Assembly: GCA_002269645.1 (NCBI GenBank)
Contig: NIVC01000130.1
Span: forward strand, 1 to 64,000
From: Macrostomum lignano
Lineage: Eukaryota
DNA: 64,000 nt
Reading direction: 5' to 3'
In this document: in pieces, positions 1 through 10,700 of the stretch
How positions within the stretch are numbered: the stretch's first letter is position 1
Layout: each line of letters begins with the position of its first letter
Notes under the pieces: model-generated
Told to the model about the DNA's origin: nothing
What the model saw: only the letters and a program-made list of their open reading frames with translations
Databases searched by the model: none
Position numbers and translations under genes: made by a program

Positions 1-228
1 ATAAACACATAATATATGTGCATATAATATAAAATTCAATAAAAAGTAATATTAGGATGACAAAGTTTTTGTTTTTATCTTAGAAAATTAGGTAGAAAAA
101 TATAGATCATATATAAATTTAATACATGGTGTTATATATGTTTTGTATCAACAAAAAAAATTTTCAAGTCAAATGTGTCCCAGGGCTCTCAAATTCTTTT
201 TGCTAGCCGTACTAGCTGCCACCAAAGT

Positions 229-836
229 TGTAATGAGCTATTTCTCCTTAACAATTCTACTGATTATTAATTGTCTTGCTACTAGTTAGCGATATATTTC
301 TATTGGTAGCATATGTACTTTTTTGGTAGCATCTATACCTCTATTGTACTTCTGGCCTGAGAGTCTTTTAGCATTGTCTATCCATTCCTATACTCTAAAG
401 ATATTATTCTTAGTCCTAGGCATTCCCGGGATCAGAGGGTTACAGCGCACTTTGCTGGGTATTCTGCCTGAGGTGGGTTTCTCAGACTCTAAGCCTGGAT
501 TTCTCTACCCTGTGGTAGGATCTCTGCCTCCTAAAGGCGGGTTACTAGACTCCTAAGTTTAGGATTTCTCGTTCTCTGAAAACAGACTAGACTCCCAATC
601 TTGGGGCAACTCCTAAACTACTATCCACTACTCGAAATAAGTAACACGAGCAAATATGAGCCCAAGGCTGATTTCTTCTCAAATGAGAGTATTAAAGTTG
701 TTCAGGAACAGAAGTTACTTTGCCAGGCTCCCAAGTGGCCTCTATTTATAGTAAAACTTCTTATTGTTTCAAACAAAATATTATACAAAAAATATAAAAA
801 TATGCAAAATATATGAAATATTCGCGTAGTATAACA
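229..836 (-). mobile_element. Possible solo LTR
   Basis: ~608-bp segment bounded by TG(TAATGAG)...(GTATAA)CA with a CTATAAATAG TATA-like motif on the minus strand (~740-750). The 5-bp flanks match only 3/5 (AAAGT vs ATAGC), so the call is weak. Confidence 0.3.
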
Positions 837-1315
837 ATAGCGTTTGAATTTATATGTCTCTAAGAAATGTAAAACTACTTACTAAATCAAAGCCTATTAC
901 AATTGTAATTACCTTAAAGAAAAAATTTATGGATAGAAAGAATAAGCAATTCTAACTTGATAGAAAATTGTATATTATAGCAAAAAGAAAATAATTCTAG
1001 TAAAAAGAAAACATTTATACATAGTTTAAAAATATCTTATTCTAAAAAGAAAGTATCATAAATAAAACAAAATGGTATAGCCTTAAAAGTAAGATTAATA
1101 GAAAATGTTTTGGCTAAATAGAAAAGTAATTTTGCAAAATAGAAAAGTAAAGTAAACTAAAAAGAAATTAATCTAACTAAAAAGTTCTTTACAAAGTTTG
1201 CAAAAACCTTTAGGCAAAAACAATAAAAGATATAGAATTTATTGTCTATTTGTAAGCTATGGCATAAGCAGTTAATGCTAAAAGAATTTTAATGCAAGGT
1301 AAATATATAAGATAA

Positions 1316-1995
1316 TCTCCAACTATAAAAATCAAAACTCTGTGTGTCTGTCTGTGTACAAATTACTTCGCTGTATAGACTCCCAAACCGCTCAACCAAA
1401 TTACACCAAATTTTGCACCCACCCTAAATTCACTACCTTATTATGACTACCTTAAAATTTCCTAAATTTGAGTCTTCCCACCTTAAAGTGCAAAAAACTG
1501 CTCAAAATGCGCAATTTTTTCACTAAATCCTCTATAGCACCACTCTACTTCCACCGATTCTCTTCAAATTGGACACACTCAATCTTCAACTATTTTGACA
1601 CAATGTGTAAAATTTTGAGTCTTAAAGTTAATCCTAAACGGCGCTGTGCACTTTTAAAGTTAGGCTGTTTTTTTCAGTGTAGCAACCACCCAAACCTCCG
1701 CCCACCTGCCTCTCTTCCCGATCCTGATCTGGGCCCAGATGTGTAAAAGGGGTTTCAAATTGACTAACTTTTGGCTGCCATAAGTTTGCTCCACATGAAG
1801 CAATTGACTTCAAATTTGACACAATTCTTTATTGACTCATTCTCTGTCTAATTGTAAAGTCTCAACTCTGTATCTCAATCAGAACAGAAACTGTAGGCAT
1901 GTGAAGTCTGTCTGCTTTTTCTGTTGTTTGTTCCACTCACTCACTCATTCCCCCAGCCCAGACAAAGGGTCAGGCGATAGGGCTCAATGTACATA
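1316..1995 (+). mobile_element. Non-autonomous Helitron-like element (approximate 3' end)
   Basis: Starts A|TC, then ACTATAAAA, a TGTGTGTCTGTCTGTG microsatellite and a CCGCTCAACCAAATTACACCAAATTTTG motif, the layout typical of invertebrate non-autonomous Helitron-derived elements. No CTAG 3' end was clearly identified. Confidence 0.4.
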
Positions 1996-2519
1996 GCAAA
2001 TGTACAGTGTTTTGGAATAACTTTTTAATAGCCTTCTCTGTACCCCCGCGTGTGGAGAGGCTACGTTTAGCCATGACAGTTTAGTGAGAAATTCTAACCA
2101 CTGTCCTATGTATTGGCAAACTCTGCAGCAGTTTAACAGTGGATGGCAAATCAAGGGAATCCAGCATGGTTTATATAAGCGAAAGATTTATGAAAAGGCA
2201 ATGCAATGCAATACAACCCTATTAAATTAGTCACACCATGGAAATTTTAGGTTTCTCCTCAAAGTACTTTAAATTTTAAATGTCCTAAAAATGCATATTT
2301 CCTTGGTTGTTAGACTGATGCAGACTGCAATGGAGCTGAAAATACACAATTCTTTTCAGGACTGCAAATTGGCAAGAAAGATGACATGATCAAAGTATGA
2401 GAACAGCCATGAGAGTACTACGTCTCACAAACTGGCTTTCCAAGCAGGAATGGCGAATGGGCAGACTTTTACTTCAAAAGCCAGATAAAGAATCCAGTAT
2501 CCAGCTTATGTGCAGGCCA

Positions 2520-3170
2520 GATAAGAGTGGAAAGGAGAAGGAATAGACGGAATAGAAGGAATAGAAGAGATGAAAGGCAAGAGGGGGATATGAGAAAACA
2601 TTGAATATAAGAGGAGAGACAAGTGGGGAGGAGAGAGCAGAGAAGAAGGGAGGAGGAGGGAGAAAGGAGGGAGAGGAAAGAGTAAAGGTAAGAAGAGGGG
2701 AGAGATGAGACAGAGGATCGATGAGAGGAGAGTAGAGAAGAGTGAGAAGAGAGTAGAGATGAGAAAGCAGAAAGAAGATAACAGAGGAAAGAGAGGAGTC
2801 AGAACAGGTGAAAGAGAAGAATACAGAGGAGATAAGTGAGTGAACGTATAAGAGAGTAAAGATGACAGATAAGAAAGCAGATGAACAGACAAGAGATGGG
2901 AGAGTACAGAGAACAAAGGAGAGATAAGAGAGAAGAGATTACAGAGACTAGAGGAGAGAGGAGAGACAGGAAGAGAGAGAGGAAATAGGAGAATGAAGAG
3001 GGGAGTGAGTAGAGAGGAGAAGAGAGATTGGAGAGAGAGAGAGAGGGAGAGAGAGAGAGAGAGAAAGTGCAGAGCAGATAGAAACGAGAAGAGATAAGAG
3101 AGAAAAATAAAAGAAAAAAAAGAAGAGATGAAAGAGCAGACGAGAGAGAAGAGAAGAATTAGTGAAGAAA
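2520..3170. repeat. GA-rich polypurine low-complexity tract with (GA)n core
   Basis: Almost pure A/G sequence with a (GA)n run at ~3030-3065; the overlapping minus-strand ORF is an L/S/P/F-rich artefact. Confidence 0.9.
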
Positions 3171-4129
3171 AATATTCTAGCCTAGAATAAAAAGCACTTC
3201 CAGCCTTAAAGTAAAACTTTTATAGACTGAAGGTTAAGCCAATGTAGCCACGGTGGAAATTAATAAGAAAAAGAACACATGAATAGATTTTCTTCTGACT
3301 TGAATCATTCAATCAAATTTTTGCAATATAGTATTATTATTGACATCTTTCAAAGGGATTGCTCCATTTTATAAAGAAAAAACATAAAAGCTAGATTATT
3401 CACCTATTATACCAGAGGCCAAACAAGGTTGCTAACTAGAAGAATTCTAGAAAACTAGCAGTGAGTTGCATAGTGCTTCTCTAACTTAAATAGATCTTTT
3501 TAGCTTATGAATTTAATCTTATACTTGAAATTGTATTAAATGGAAATGCTAGCCAGTAATTCTATAGAGATGGAAAAGTCTGCACTTCAAATATATGCAA
3601 ACTTCTAAAAAGCTCTGAAAACACTATCTCTCTTTCTCTTGGAAAGGCATATACAGTGATTTTAATACAAAAATGAGTTAGTTGTATTGTATTGCACAGT
3701 CTAATTAACTATGGTATATGTGGGTAAACCTAACTTTATCTAATTGAAAACCATAAGTGGGATTTTTAACAACTTAAAACCATTGAAAACTAGACCTAGG
3801 ATCATTGTAAAGCAGACTTGGAATTATTATTATACTGGATTCTACTATTCTACTGGATTCGTATCCTGCATCTGATGAGCCATCTAAATCAGGACTCTCA
3901 TCTTCCATGCCAAATCATCTAGCAAGTGGAATTATTCTTGAGCTATTGGTGAATACGTTGTGAATTGTATCATACTGTATTCACCTCACTTTTACTTCTA
4001 GGCATTCAAGAATCATGACTTGTGTAGTACTGTGTATGCTCACTACAGTGTATTAAGACAATTTACAAATTGTCTCACAGGCCGCCACTAGAGGGCATAG
4101 TGATTAGCTGTTAAAACAATCTGCACAGA

Positions 4130-4305
4130 CTATGTAAAAAAACTAGCTGGCGAGGCATTTAGCCTTAAAAATAAGGTGATAGTTACTCCTGCTGTTTACC
4201 TAAAAGTACGTTTATTTTCTTAGCTTTCTTTCATGGGTACGTCGCATTTTTTGATAGAAAACTAAGTCACACGGCCAGTGTAATTTCAGAGGTTGCGCAT
4301 GTATG
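4130..4305 (+). mobile_element. Degenerate partial copy of the CATACATGCGCAAC MITE family
   Basis: Aligns by eye to 20340-20530 (gaggcattt...atagttactcc...gtcgcattttt...aactaagtc) and ends in the family TIR GTTGCGCATGTATG at 4305; left end eroded. Confidence 0.7.
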
Positions 4306-4565
4306 TCAGCAATCCCCCCATAAGCCTGACATCTCAGCAATCCCCTTAATGGAGCTTAATGAGGATTCCCTGCAATTCCCTGCAGCTTAAGGCAATACCC
4401 AAATATTCGAGAATCAAACAAATTATTATTTTAAGACGAAGGATTAGCCATTATGGATGAAGTAGGCATTTAAGAAAGATAATTGTATCTACCTGAATAG
4501 ATACCTATCTGATACCTGTTTAAATTTTTTAAAGTATTATTTAATGAACTTAATCGTCGGTATCT

Positions 4566-7217
4566 TTGCCTAGACGATATCATATTACGAATTTTACTAT
4601 GAAAGCCCTTTTTCAGGATCAAGAAGTCACAATCGCAATTACTGCTGCCGTATTTTCTACATATTTTTGTAAAGAAACTGGTCAACTCGATCGCAGATGG
4701 CTTCACGAAGTCGTATTTCCTCAGTTGCGAGAAATAAATGAATTCGGAATATTTCATGTTAACAAAGAGATCATTCGAACAAGTCTTCGTAGGAAGGGCA
4801 GCAACAGTTATTTATTACGACTAGTTTGCGCTGAATCAGCAGGCTGCAAGACAGTTATTACGTTGTCGATGGCAGATTTGCCTCTGATTGACAGTGTTAA
4901 CTTAAGGTTGCAAAAGAAAAACGAGCACAGCGGCCACAGAGTGATTCTTCCAAACGACAATGTCCGCCATCTGTGGGAGCATGGTTCACAAGAGTGTCGA
5001 GAATTTGTCGCGAGTAAGGCGGCATGCAAAGACGCAAGACCGACTGAAATTTACGAGGGAAGCCTGCAGCATTTTAAGTCAGGTAAAATATGTTCCTTAG
5101 CGTCAGTGCGACAAGCATGTAGTCGTATTCAGAATGCTTCTAGAAGAAGCCAAAACGAGCACGAAGATTTGCGCAAGCAAATGTTAGATTGGAAAATATC
5201 GCTAGTATCGGAAGACGCTGTATCTGGATTTATTCAGCGTATCAGTACGGCTCCATTTGGAGTCGTTATTTATTGCGCGGAACAACAATTTCTTTTGCGC
5301 CAATTACTTGCCAGGAATCCCTACGCTCCAGTCCACATCGACGCAACTGGTGGGCTCGTACGAAAATCGGAACTTATACCTGAAAATGTGCTGCTCTGCA
5401 GCGCAGTTGTTAGTTCTGAATCTGAATCTGTTGTGGCAACGCCAATAGCAGAGGCGGTATTGGAGTCCACGAAGACCGAAGATATATCCGCGTGGATTGA
5501 ATCCTTTCTGCTCAATTTTGCCCGGTTTCAAGACCGAGGTGTTTGGGAAGTGTCAAAGGTTGGCCCGCGTATTTATGTTATCGACTTCAGCTGGGTCTTT
5601 CTCCATGGCGTTCTTCGTGCTGCTGCCATAATGGATCTAGGAACGTATTTAAGAAAGCAATTCAAGCGACTAACCTCATGGGACGTTAAACCTCCATCGT
5701 ACCCACTTGTATTCATTTGCAGTTCGCATCTAATGCATCGTGTTGCAATGACGATCGCTATCAAAAACAGAGAAACGAAAAAAAACTTTCTTATCTTTTT
5801 TGCCAATCTTATTACTGCTGATAGTTTAGAAACAGCGAAGTCGGTCTGGGAGACCATGCTTCGTCTATTTTGCAGCCAGTATGTAACGTCCGTTGTGCAA
5901 GACGCTTTCGAAGTGCTTCATCAGTACAAAGCTTCCTTGCCATCTAGCTGTCATGAATTTGTGAATGAAATGCCGGATCCTGAAGAGGAAAATCAATCAG
6001 GAATTTCAGTTGATCCTCCAGATTCGGAAGCTGCTACAACACTACGATCAAGTTCACCCTTTTCAGGAATTTTCGGTGTTCCTGAGCCAATCAATACCGA
6101 GGCAAAAGAGTTGAATCCTAACTTTTCTCTAGAGGCTATGCAAAAAGTCTTTAAACTTTATCTACCGCTTCTGCCGATTTGGAGCGTGTGTGTTTTCAAA
6201 GGAACGCCTATTAGCACGCACCTAACGAACGCACCTGTTGAATCCTGGTTTCGTTGGGTAAAAGCTAGAGTGCGTCGTAAAAGTGGCACGCGTTTGTTGA
6301 TTGGAAACTTTCTACGGGCACAACTCGAATGTGTACTAGAGCGCATTAGTCGAGTCAAAAAGAATCAGCAGACTGTTCTTCCACCTCGGCGACCAAGACG
6401 TCGCAAGGTAAATGAAGAGGCACCTCACGTTCCCAAAGGGGACCCTTGGGCCTCCAGAGTTTCAAAACCCTCTTACTTAGGCGGGAAAATTGCCTCAAAG
6501 CTACCGTTTAAGTGCAGCCAACTGCGTCCTGCAAGAAAATCAGAGCACCGATTTGCTCCGAAATCTGAAACTCCAACGTGTGCACTAAGTCCGCCTGCCA
6601 CTCTTTCCAAGAATACTTTTATTACTGTTAAGGCAGATAACTGCGGCGAAGAGATCAAATCCGTCTACAGAGGTTGCGTTTTCATACGCCGAGACTGCGC
6701 CAAAACTGAGATTGGCCGAGAGTGCGCAGCCACAACTGAGATTGGCCAAGAGTGCGCAGCCACAACTGAGATTGGCCGAGAGTGCGCAGCCACAACTGAG
6801 ATTGGCCGAGAGTGCGCAGCCACAACTGAGATTGGCCGAGAGTGCGCAGCCACAACTGAGATTGGCCGAGAGTGCGCAGCCACAACTGAGATTGGCAAAG
6901 AGTGCGCAGCCATAACTGAGATTGGCCAAGAGTGCACAGCCACAACTGAGATTGGCCAAGAGTGCGCAGCCATAACTGAGATTGGCCAAGAGTGCGCAGC
7001 CACAACTGAGATTGGCCAAGAGTGCACAGCCACAACTGAGATTGGCCAAGAGTGCGCAGCCATAACTGAGATTGGCCAAGAGTGCGCAGCCACAACTGAG
7101 ATTGGCCAAGAGTGCGCAGCCACAACTGAGATTGGCCAGAGTGCGCAGCCACAACTGAGATTGGCCAAGAGTGCACAGCCACAACTGAGATGGCCGAGAG
7201 TGCGCAGCCACAACTGA
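4566..7217 (+). CDS. MULE-type DDE transposase (first coding segment; true start may be ATG 4599)
   Basis: 883-aa ORF with an N-terminal C-x5-C...H-x2-H (CAESAGC...EHSGH) zinc-finger-like region, D (HIDATG), D (IDFSW), CxxH and E (VESWF) catalytic layout, then a 10-aa repeat tail. Confidence 0.8.
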   Translation: MPRRYHITNFTMKALFQDQEVTIAITAAVFSTYFCKETGQLDRRWLHEVVFPQLREINEFGIFHVNKEIIRTSLRRKGSNSYLLRLVCAESAGCKTVITLSMADLPLIDSVNLRLQKKNEHSGHRVILPNDNVRHLWEHGSQECREFVASKAACKDARPTEIYEGSLQHFKSGKICSLASVRQACSRIQNASRRSQNEHEDLRKQMLDWKISLVSEDAVSGFIQRISTAPFGVVIYCAEQQFLLRQLLARNPYAPVHIDATGGLVRKSELIPENVLLCSAVVSSESESVVATPIAEAVLESTKTEDISAWIESFLLNFARFQDRGVWEVSKVGPRIYVIDFSWVFLHGVLRAAAIMDLGTYLRKQFKRLTSWDVKPPSYPLVFICSSHLMHRVAMTIAIKNRETKKNFLIFFANLITADSLETAKSVWETMLRLFCSQYVTSVVQDAFEVLHQYKASLPSSCHEFVNEMPDPEEENQSGISVDPPDSEAATTLRSSSPFSGIFGVPEPINTEAKELNPNFSLEAMQKVFKLYLPLLPIWSVCVFKGTPISTHLTNAPVESWFRWVKARVRRKSGTRLLIGNFLRAQLECVLERISRVKKNQQTVLPPRRPRRRKVNEEAPHVPKGDPWASRVSKPSYLGGKIASKLPFKCSQLRPARKSEHRFAPKSETPTCALSPPATLSKNTFITVKADNCGEEIKSVYRGCVFIRRDCAKTEIGRECAATTEIGQECAATTEIGRECAATTEIGRECAATTEIGRECAATTEIGRECAATTEIGKECAAITEIGQECTATTEIGQECAAITEIGQECAATTEIGQECTATTEIGQECAAITEIGQECAATTEIGQECAATTEIGQSAQPQLRLAKSAQPQLRWPRVRSHN

Positions 7218-7345
7218 GATTGGCCAAGAGTGCACAGCCACAACTGAGATGGCCGAGAGTGCGCAGCCAAACTGAGATGGCCGAGAGTGCGCAGCACAAC
7301 TGAGATGGCTGAGAGTGCGCAGCCACAACGAGATGGCTGAGAGTG
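6703..7345 (+). repeat. 30-bp tandem array in transposase linker (ATTEIGQECA frame)
   Basis: Unit ACAACTGAGATTGGCCAAGAGTGCGCAGCC, ~20 copies; indels from ~7139 break the frame. Confidence 0.95.
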
Positions 7346-7384
7346 CCCAATCAAACTGAAGCTGGCCGAGGTGCGCAGCGAAAC

Positions 7385-7705
7385 GGAGATGGCTGAGAGT
7401 CGAAGCCAAGCGAATGATGGCTGAGAGTCCGCAGCAAGCGGAGGATGGCTGAGAGTGCGCAGCCGAAGCGGAGGATGGCTGAGAGTCCGCAGCCGAAGCG
7501 GAGGATGGCTGAGAGTGCGCAGCCGAAGCGGAGGATGGCTGAGAGTCCGCAGCCGAAGCGGAGGATGGCTGAGAGTGCGCAGCCGAAGCGGAGGATGGCT
7601 GAGAGTCCGCAGCCGAAGCGGAGGATGGCTGAGAGTGCGCAGTCGAAGCGGAGGATGGCTGAGAGTGCACAGCCGAAGCGGAGGATGGCTGAGAGCGCGC
7701 AATTC
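7385..7705 (+). repeat. Second 30-bp tandem array (MAESAQPKRR frame)
   Basis: Unit GAAGCGGAGGATGGCTGAGAGTGCGCAGCC, ~10 copies; shares the GAGAGTGCGCAGCC core with the first array. Confidence 0.95.
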
Positions 7706-10700
7706 AATCCAAGGACGACAGAGAGCACGCAGCTAAAAACGAGAGTGGGCAAGAGGGCGCAACCTAAACGTAGGATGGCCAACAGTGCACAGGTCAATCG
7801 CAGACAGACTTCTGTCGAGTTAAAGAGCACTAAAAACCCTTTAGTTTCGACGAGCATCAATCAACTTTTTCATTTTATGGACAAAAAAGAAAATTCTAAG
7901 TGTCCCGCTACGTCAAGAAAATTCATCACCAGTGACTCAAAACGCCTCAAAATTCTTCCTACTGCCAGTGCAAAATCCAAAAAAAACAGAGATGAAAATT
8001 TTACTAAGGAAGAGCTCGTGCCTTGTTTCTCAACCCAAGAAAAGTATGGAAAATTCTGTATCAGGCGCTTCGATCGCGATTCTCTTCTTAGCGAGCGCAG
8101 TTGGATCAGTGTCACGGTAAGTTGGTGTTGGTCTTGTGTCCTTTAAAGTCTTTTAATTACAGCTCAATTCTTAAATCCTTTTGATATGCTCAATTGACAA
8201 TCAGTTCTGTGAATTATTTCAAAGAAAGTAAGCTTTATTTTGTAGACCGTGTTTACTGCAGAAGTAAGATTGAGGCTCCGGAAGAGCCAGTCGCTTCTAT
8301 ATATTTAGCGAGCACCGTACGCAAGCAACAAAGACCCTCGAGGGTCTCTCATACATGTACGCAAACCAAAAGGGGAAAAGGAAAGGAAGGAAGGAACAGC
8401 AAGCAAGCAATGGGTGACGCATCGCGATAATGAACATTCCTACCCCACTTCCCCCAACCCCCTCTCACACCACACTACACTGTACGTCATCACACCCCTT
8501 CCCACTAAGATCTTGATCACGGAAGGTGTCATCAAAAAAAGCAAAACAAGCGATCATCAGTTGCAATCAGTCAATTGTAGGTCAGCCTCTCCGGCTTGAA
8601 TCGCAGCCTGGCCGATCTCCGCGGCACCGTCCACTCCTCGGTAGCTGCTTCAGGACCAGCATCAGCAACGCCCGTCTCTGCTGCCGGGGTCTCAGGCAAC
8701 TCTGCTGTTGCGAGAGGTCGATAGTTGCCTCCTTCGGGCAGCGGCAGGATGGCGGCAGACTCGCAGGCTGCGGAGACATCAAGGGGGGCCGCCGGCACAA
8801 TGGACGCCGCAGGCTTGCGTACCTTCTGTTGGTCATTGGTCCACACCCATTCGGATTCTTTCTTCATGATTCTTTCTCTCAAGGACTTGTCAGTACCGAA
8901 AAATTCACTATGAATCTTGACAAGTAATTTGCACTACCAATAAACCGTTGGAGCTGCGCTTGCTTTTCAGCACGCTGTTCGAAACGGGAGCACGAGAAAT
9001 GCCCGCAGACAGATTGCCCGCCGAGATTTGCCCGCGGGGGATTTGCCCGTGGAGATTTGCCCGCCGAGCTTTTCCCGCGGGGATTTGCCCGCAGTGCATT
9101 TTGCCCGCGAGCGAGTTGCCCGCCGAGTTTTTTCCCGCCGAGGTTTGCCCGCAGTGCTTTTTTCCTGCAGCGCATTTAGCGACGCGGCAGATTTTGTCTG
9201 CATTGCCTTCCCAATGCTTAGTACGTGTTAATCTCAATAAAGAGATTTACACGATCAAAACGTTTTGATAGTAACTGCATATTAAATGCATATTTTTTTG
9301 GGGGGGGGGGCAATACAGACAGAATCTAGCTGCCAAATGCGCTGCAGGAAAAAAGCATTGCGGGCAAACCTCGGCGGGAAAAAACTCGGCGGGCAACTCG
9401 CTCGCGGGCAAATTAAGGGCAACTCGCTCGCTCGCTGGTGGGCACTGCGGGCAAATCTCGGCGGGCAATTTTCGGCGGGCAAATCTCCACGGGCAATTCG
9501 CTCACGGGCAAAATGCACTGCGGGCAAATCTCCGCGGGAAAAGCTCGGCGGGCAAATCTCCACGGGCAAATCTCCTGCGGGCAAATCTCGGCGGGCGGTT
9601 AGTCTGCGGGCAATTCTCATGGACCCGTTCGAAACTGTTTGGGTGCGGCATTTCTTTGATGCTGTTTACTTTTTGTGGATCTACTTTCACACCTTTGTCA
9701 GTTAGTATGTGTCCAAGAAATCGAAGCTCAGTTTTGCCAATGCTCGTCTTTTGCCTGTTCAGAGTCAGGTTCTTTTTTCTGCATTGCTCCAAAAGATTTC
9801 GGACTGCTTGGTCGTGCTCTTCCCGAGTCTTTCCCCATACTATGATGTCATCAATATGTAGTTAGCAGATTTTTCTACCTGACTTGTCACTTCTGCAAAG
9901 AGATTCTATAGTCGATGCATTTCATACACTATGGACATCGTCAGGTCTCAATTATTTATTAATTGAAAACAGAAGAAAAGAACTTGTTAAAAAACAGTTG
10001 ACAAGGAAAAGAAAATTATTACAGTTGACGAAGGAGTCAAAGTTTAGTACTCGTATACAAAACTGGGTGCACAAGTTAGGGTGGAAAGGCATGGTGCGCA
10101 TCAGATCAATCCAGTCCGGTTTTTGCGTACAATGCCTTTCCACTGAGTCTTATTGCAGTTTTCTATTTAACTTGATTGATAATGGTTCGAAACGCGTTGC
10201 ATAAAGACTCATCGAATGCTGATCCTTGTGTTTCTTTTCTATATGTTCTCTTCTGAAACAGTACGCTACCATGTAATCCATGCATCCTTCCCACAGATTA
10301 TTAATGCACTTCTTGCTGCCGTGGCTTCTCAGCATGACGGTGCGGCTTTTCTACTGCACTATGAAGTCGACATACTCTTTCGTGGAGTGGAAGATCAATT
10401 CACAGCTGAATTGATCGATAAGCTGCACAATGTTAGCATTATGATTGATGTGCAGACATTACCGTAGTTTATCGATTATGGCATCGTGTCTTATTGACTA
10501 AATATTGAAACTATTGACTTTCCCATGTTTTAGGCAAAGAAAGCGATAATTGGTACAATATATCGCAACCAACACTTTATGCTTTTGTTCGTGGACCTGG
10601 AGCGGCACAATGTAGCAGTTTTGGATCCTCTTTTGTCATCCGAGCAACTTAACATTTCAATATGTGCTAACTTAAAGTAAGTTGGTGCTCAAAGTATTTA

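Larger units (their letters stand above)
8208..9945 (-). mobile_element. Degenerate, internally deleted Ty3/Gypsy LTR retrotransposon in the first MULE intron
   Basis: Minus strand: RT remnant (ANY-IDDIIVWG with frameshift, LRFLGHILTDKGVKVDPQKV, LQRFIGSANYLSRFI, KKESEWVWTNDQQK) fused to an integrase-type tail (PRRSARLRFKPERLTYN), then a polypurine tract (8495-8508) and an LTR. RNase H and integrase core are missing. Confidence 0.85.

Noticed and set aside
3865-3965. Hammerhead ribozyme / Penelope end (CTGATGAG at ~3872; TGAGCTATTGGTGAATACG at ~3935)
   Set aside because: No GAAA core after a closable stem II and no consistent three-stem fold by eye; an RNAMotif/Infernal scan would be needed.
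9884-10204. 106-aa plus-strand ORF as an extra MULE exon
   Set aside because: The protease splices correctly from 8116 to 10297 without it, it partly overlaps the antisense Gypsy RT, and no motif was recognised.
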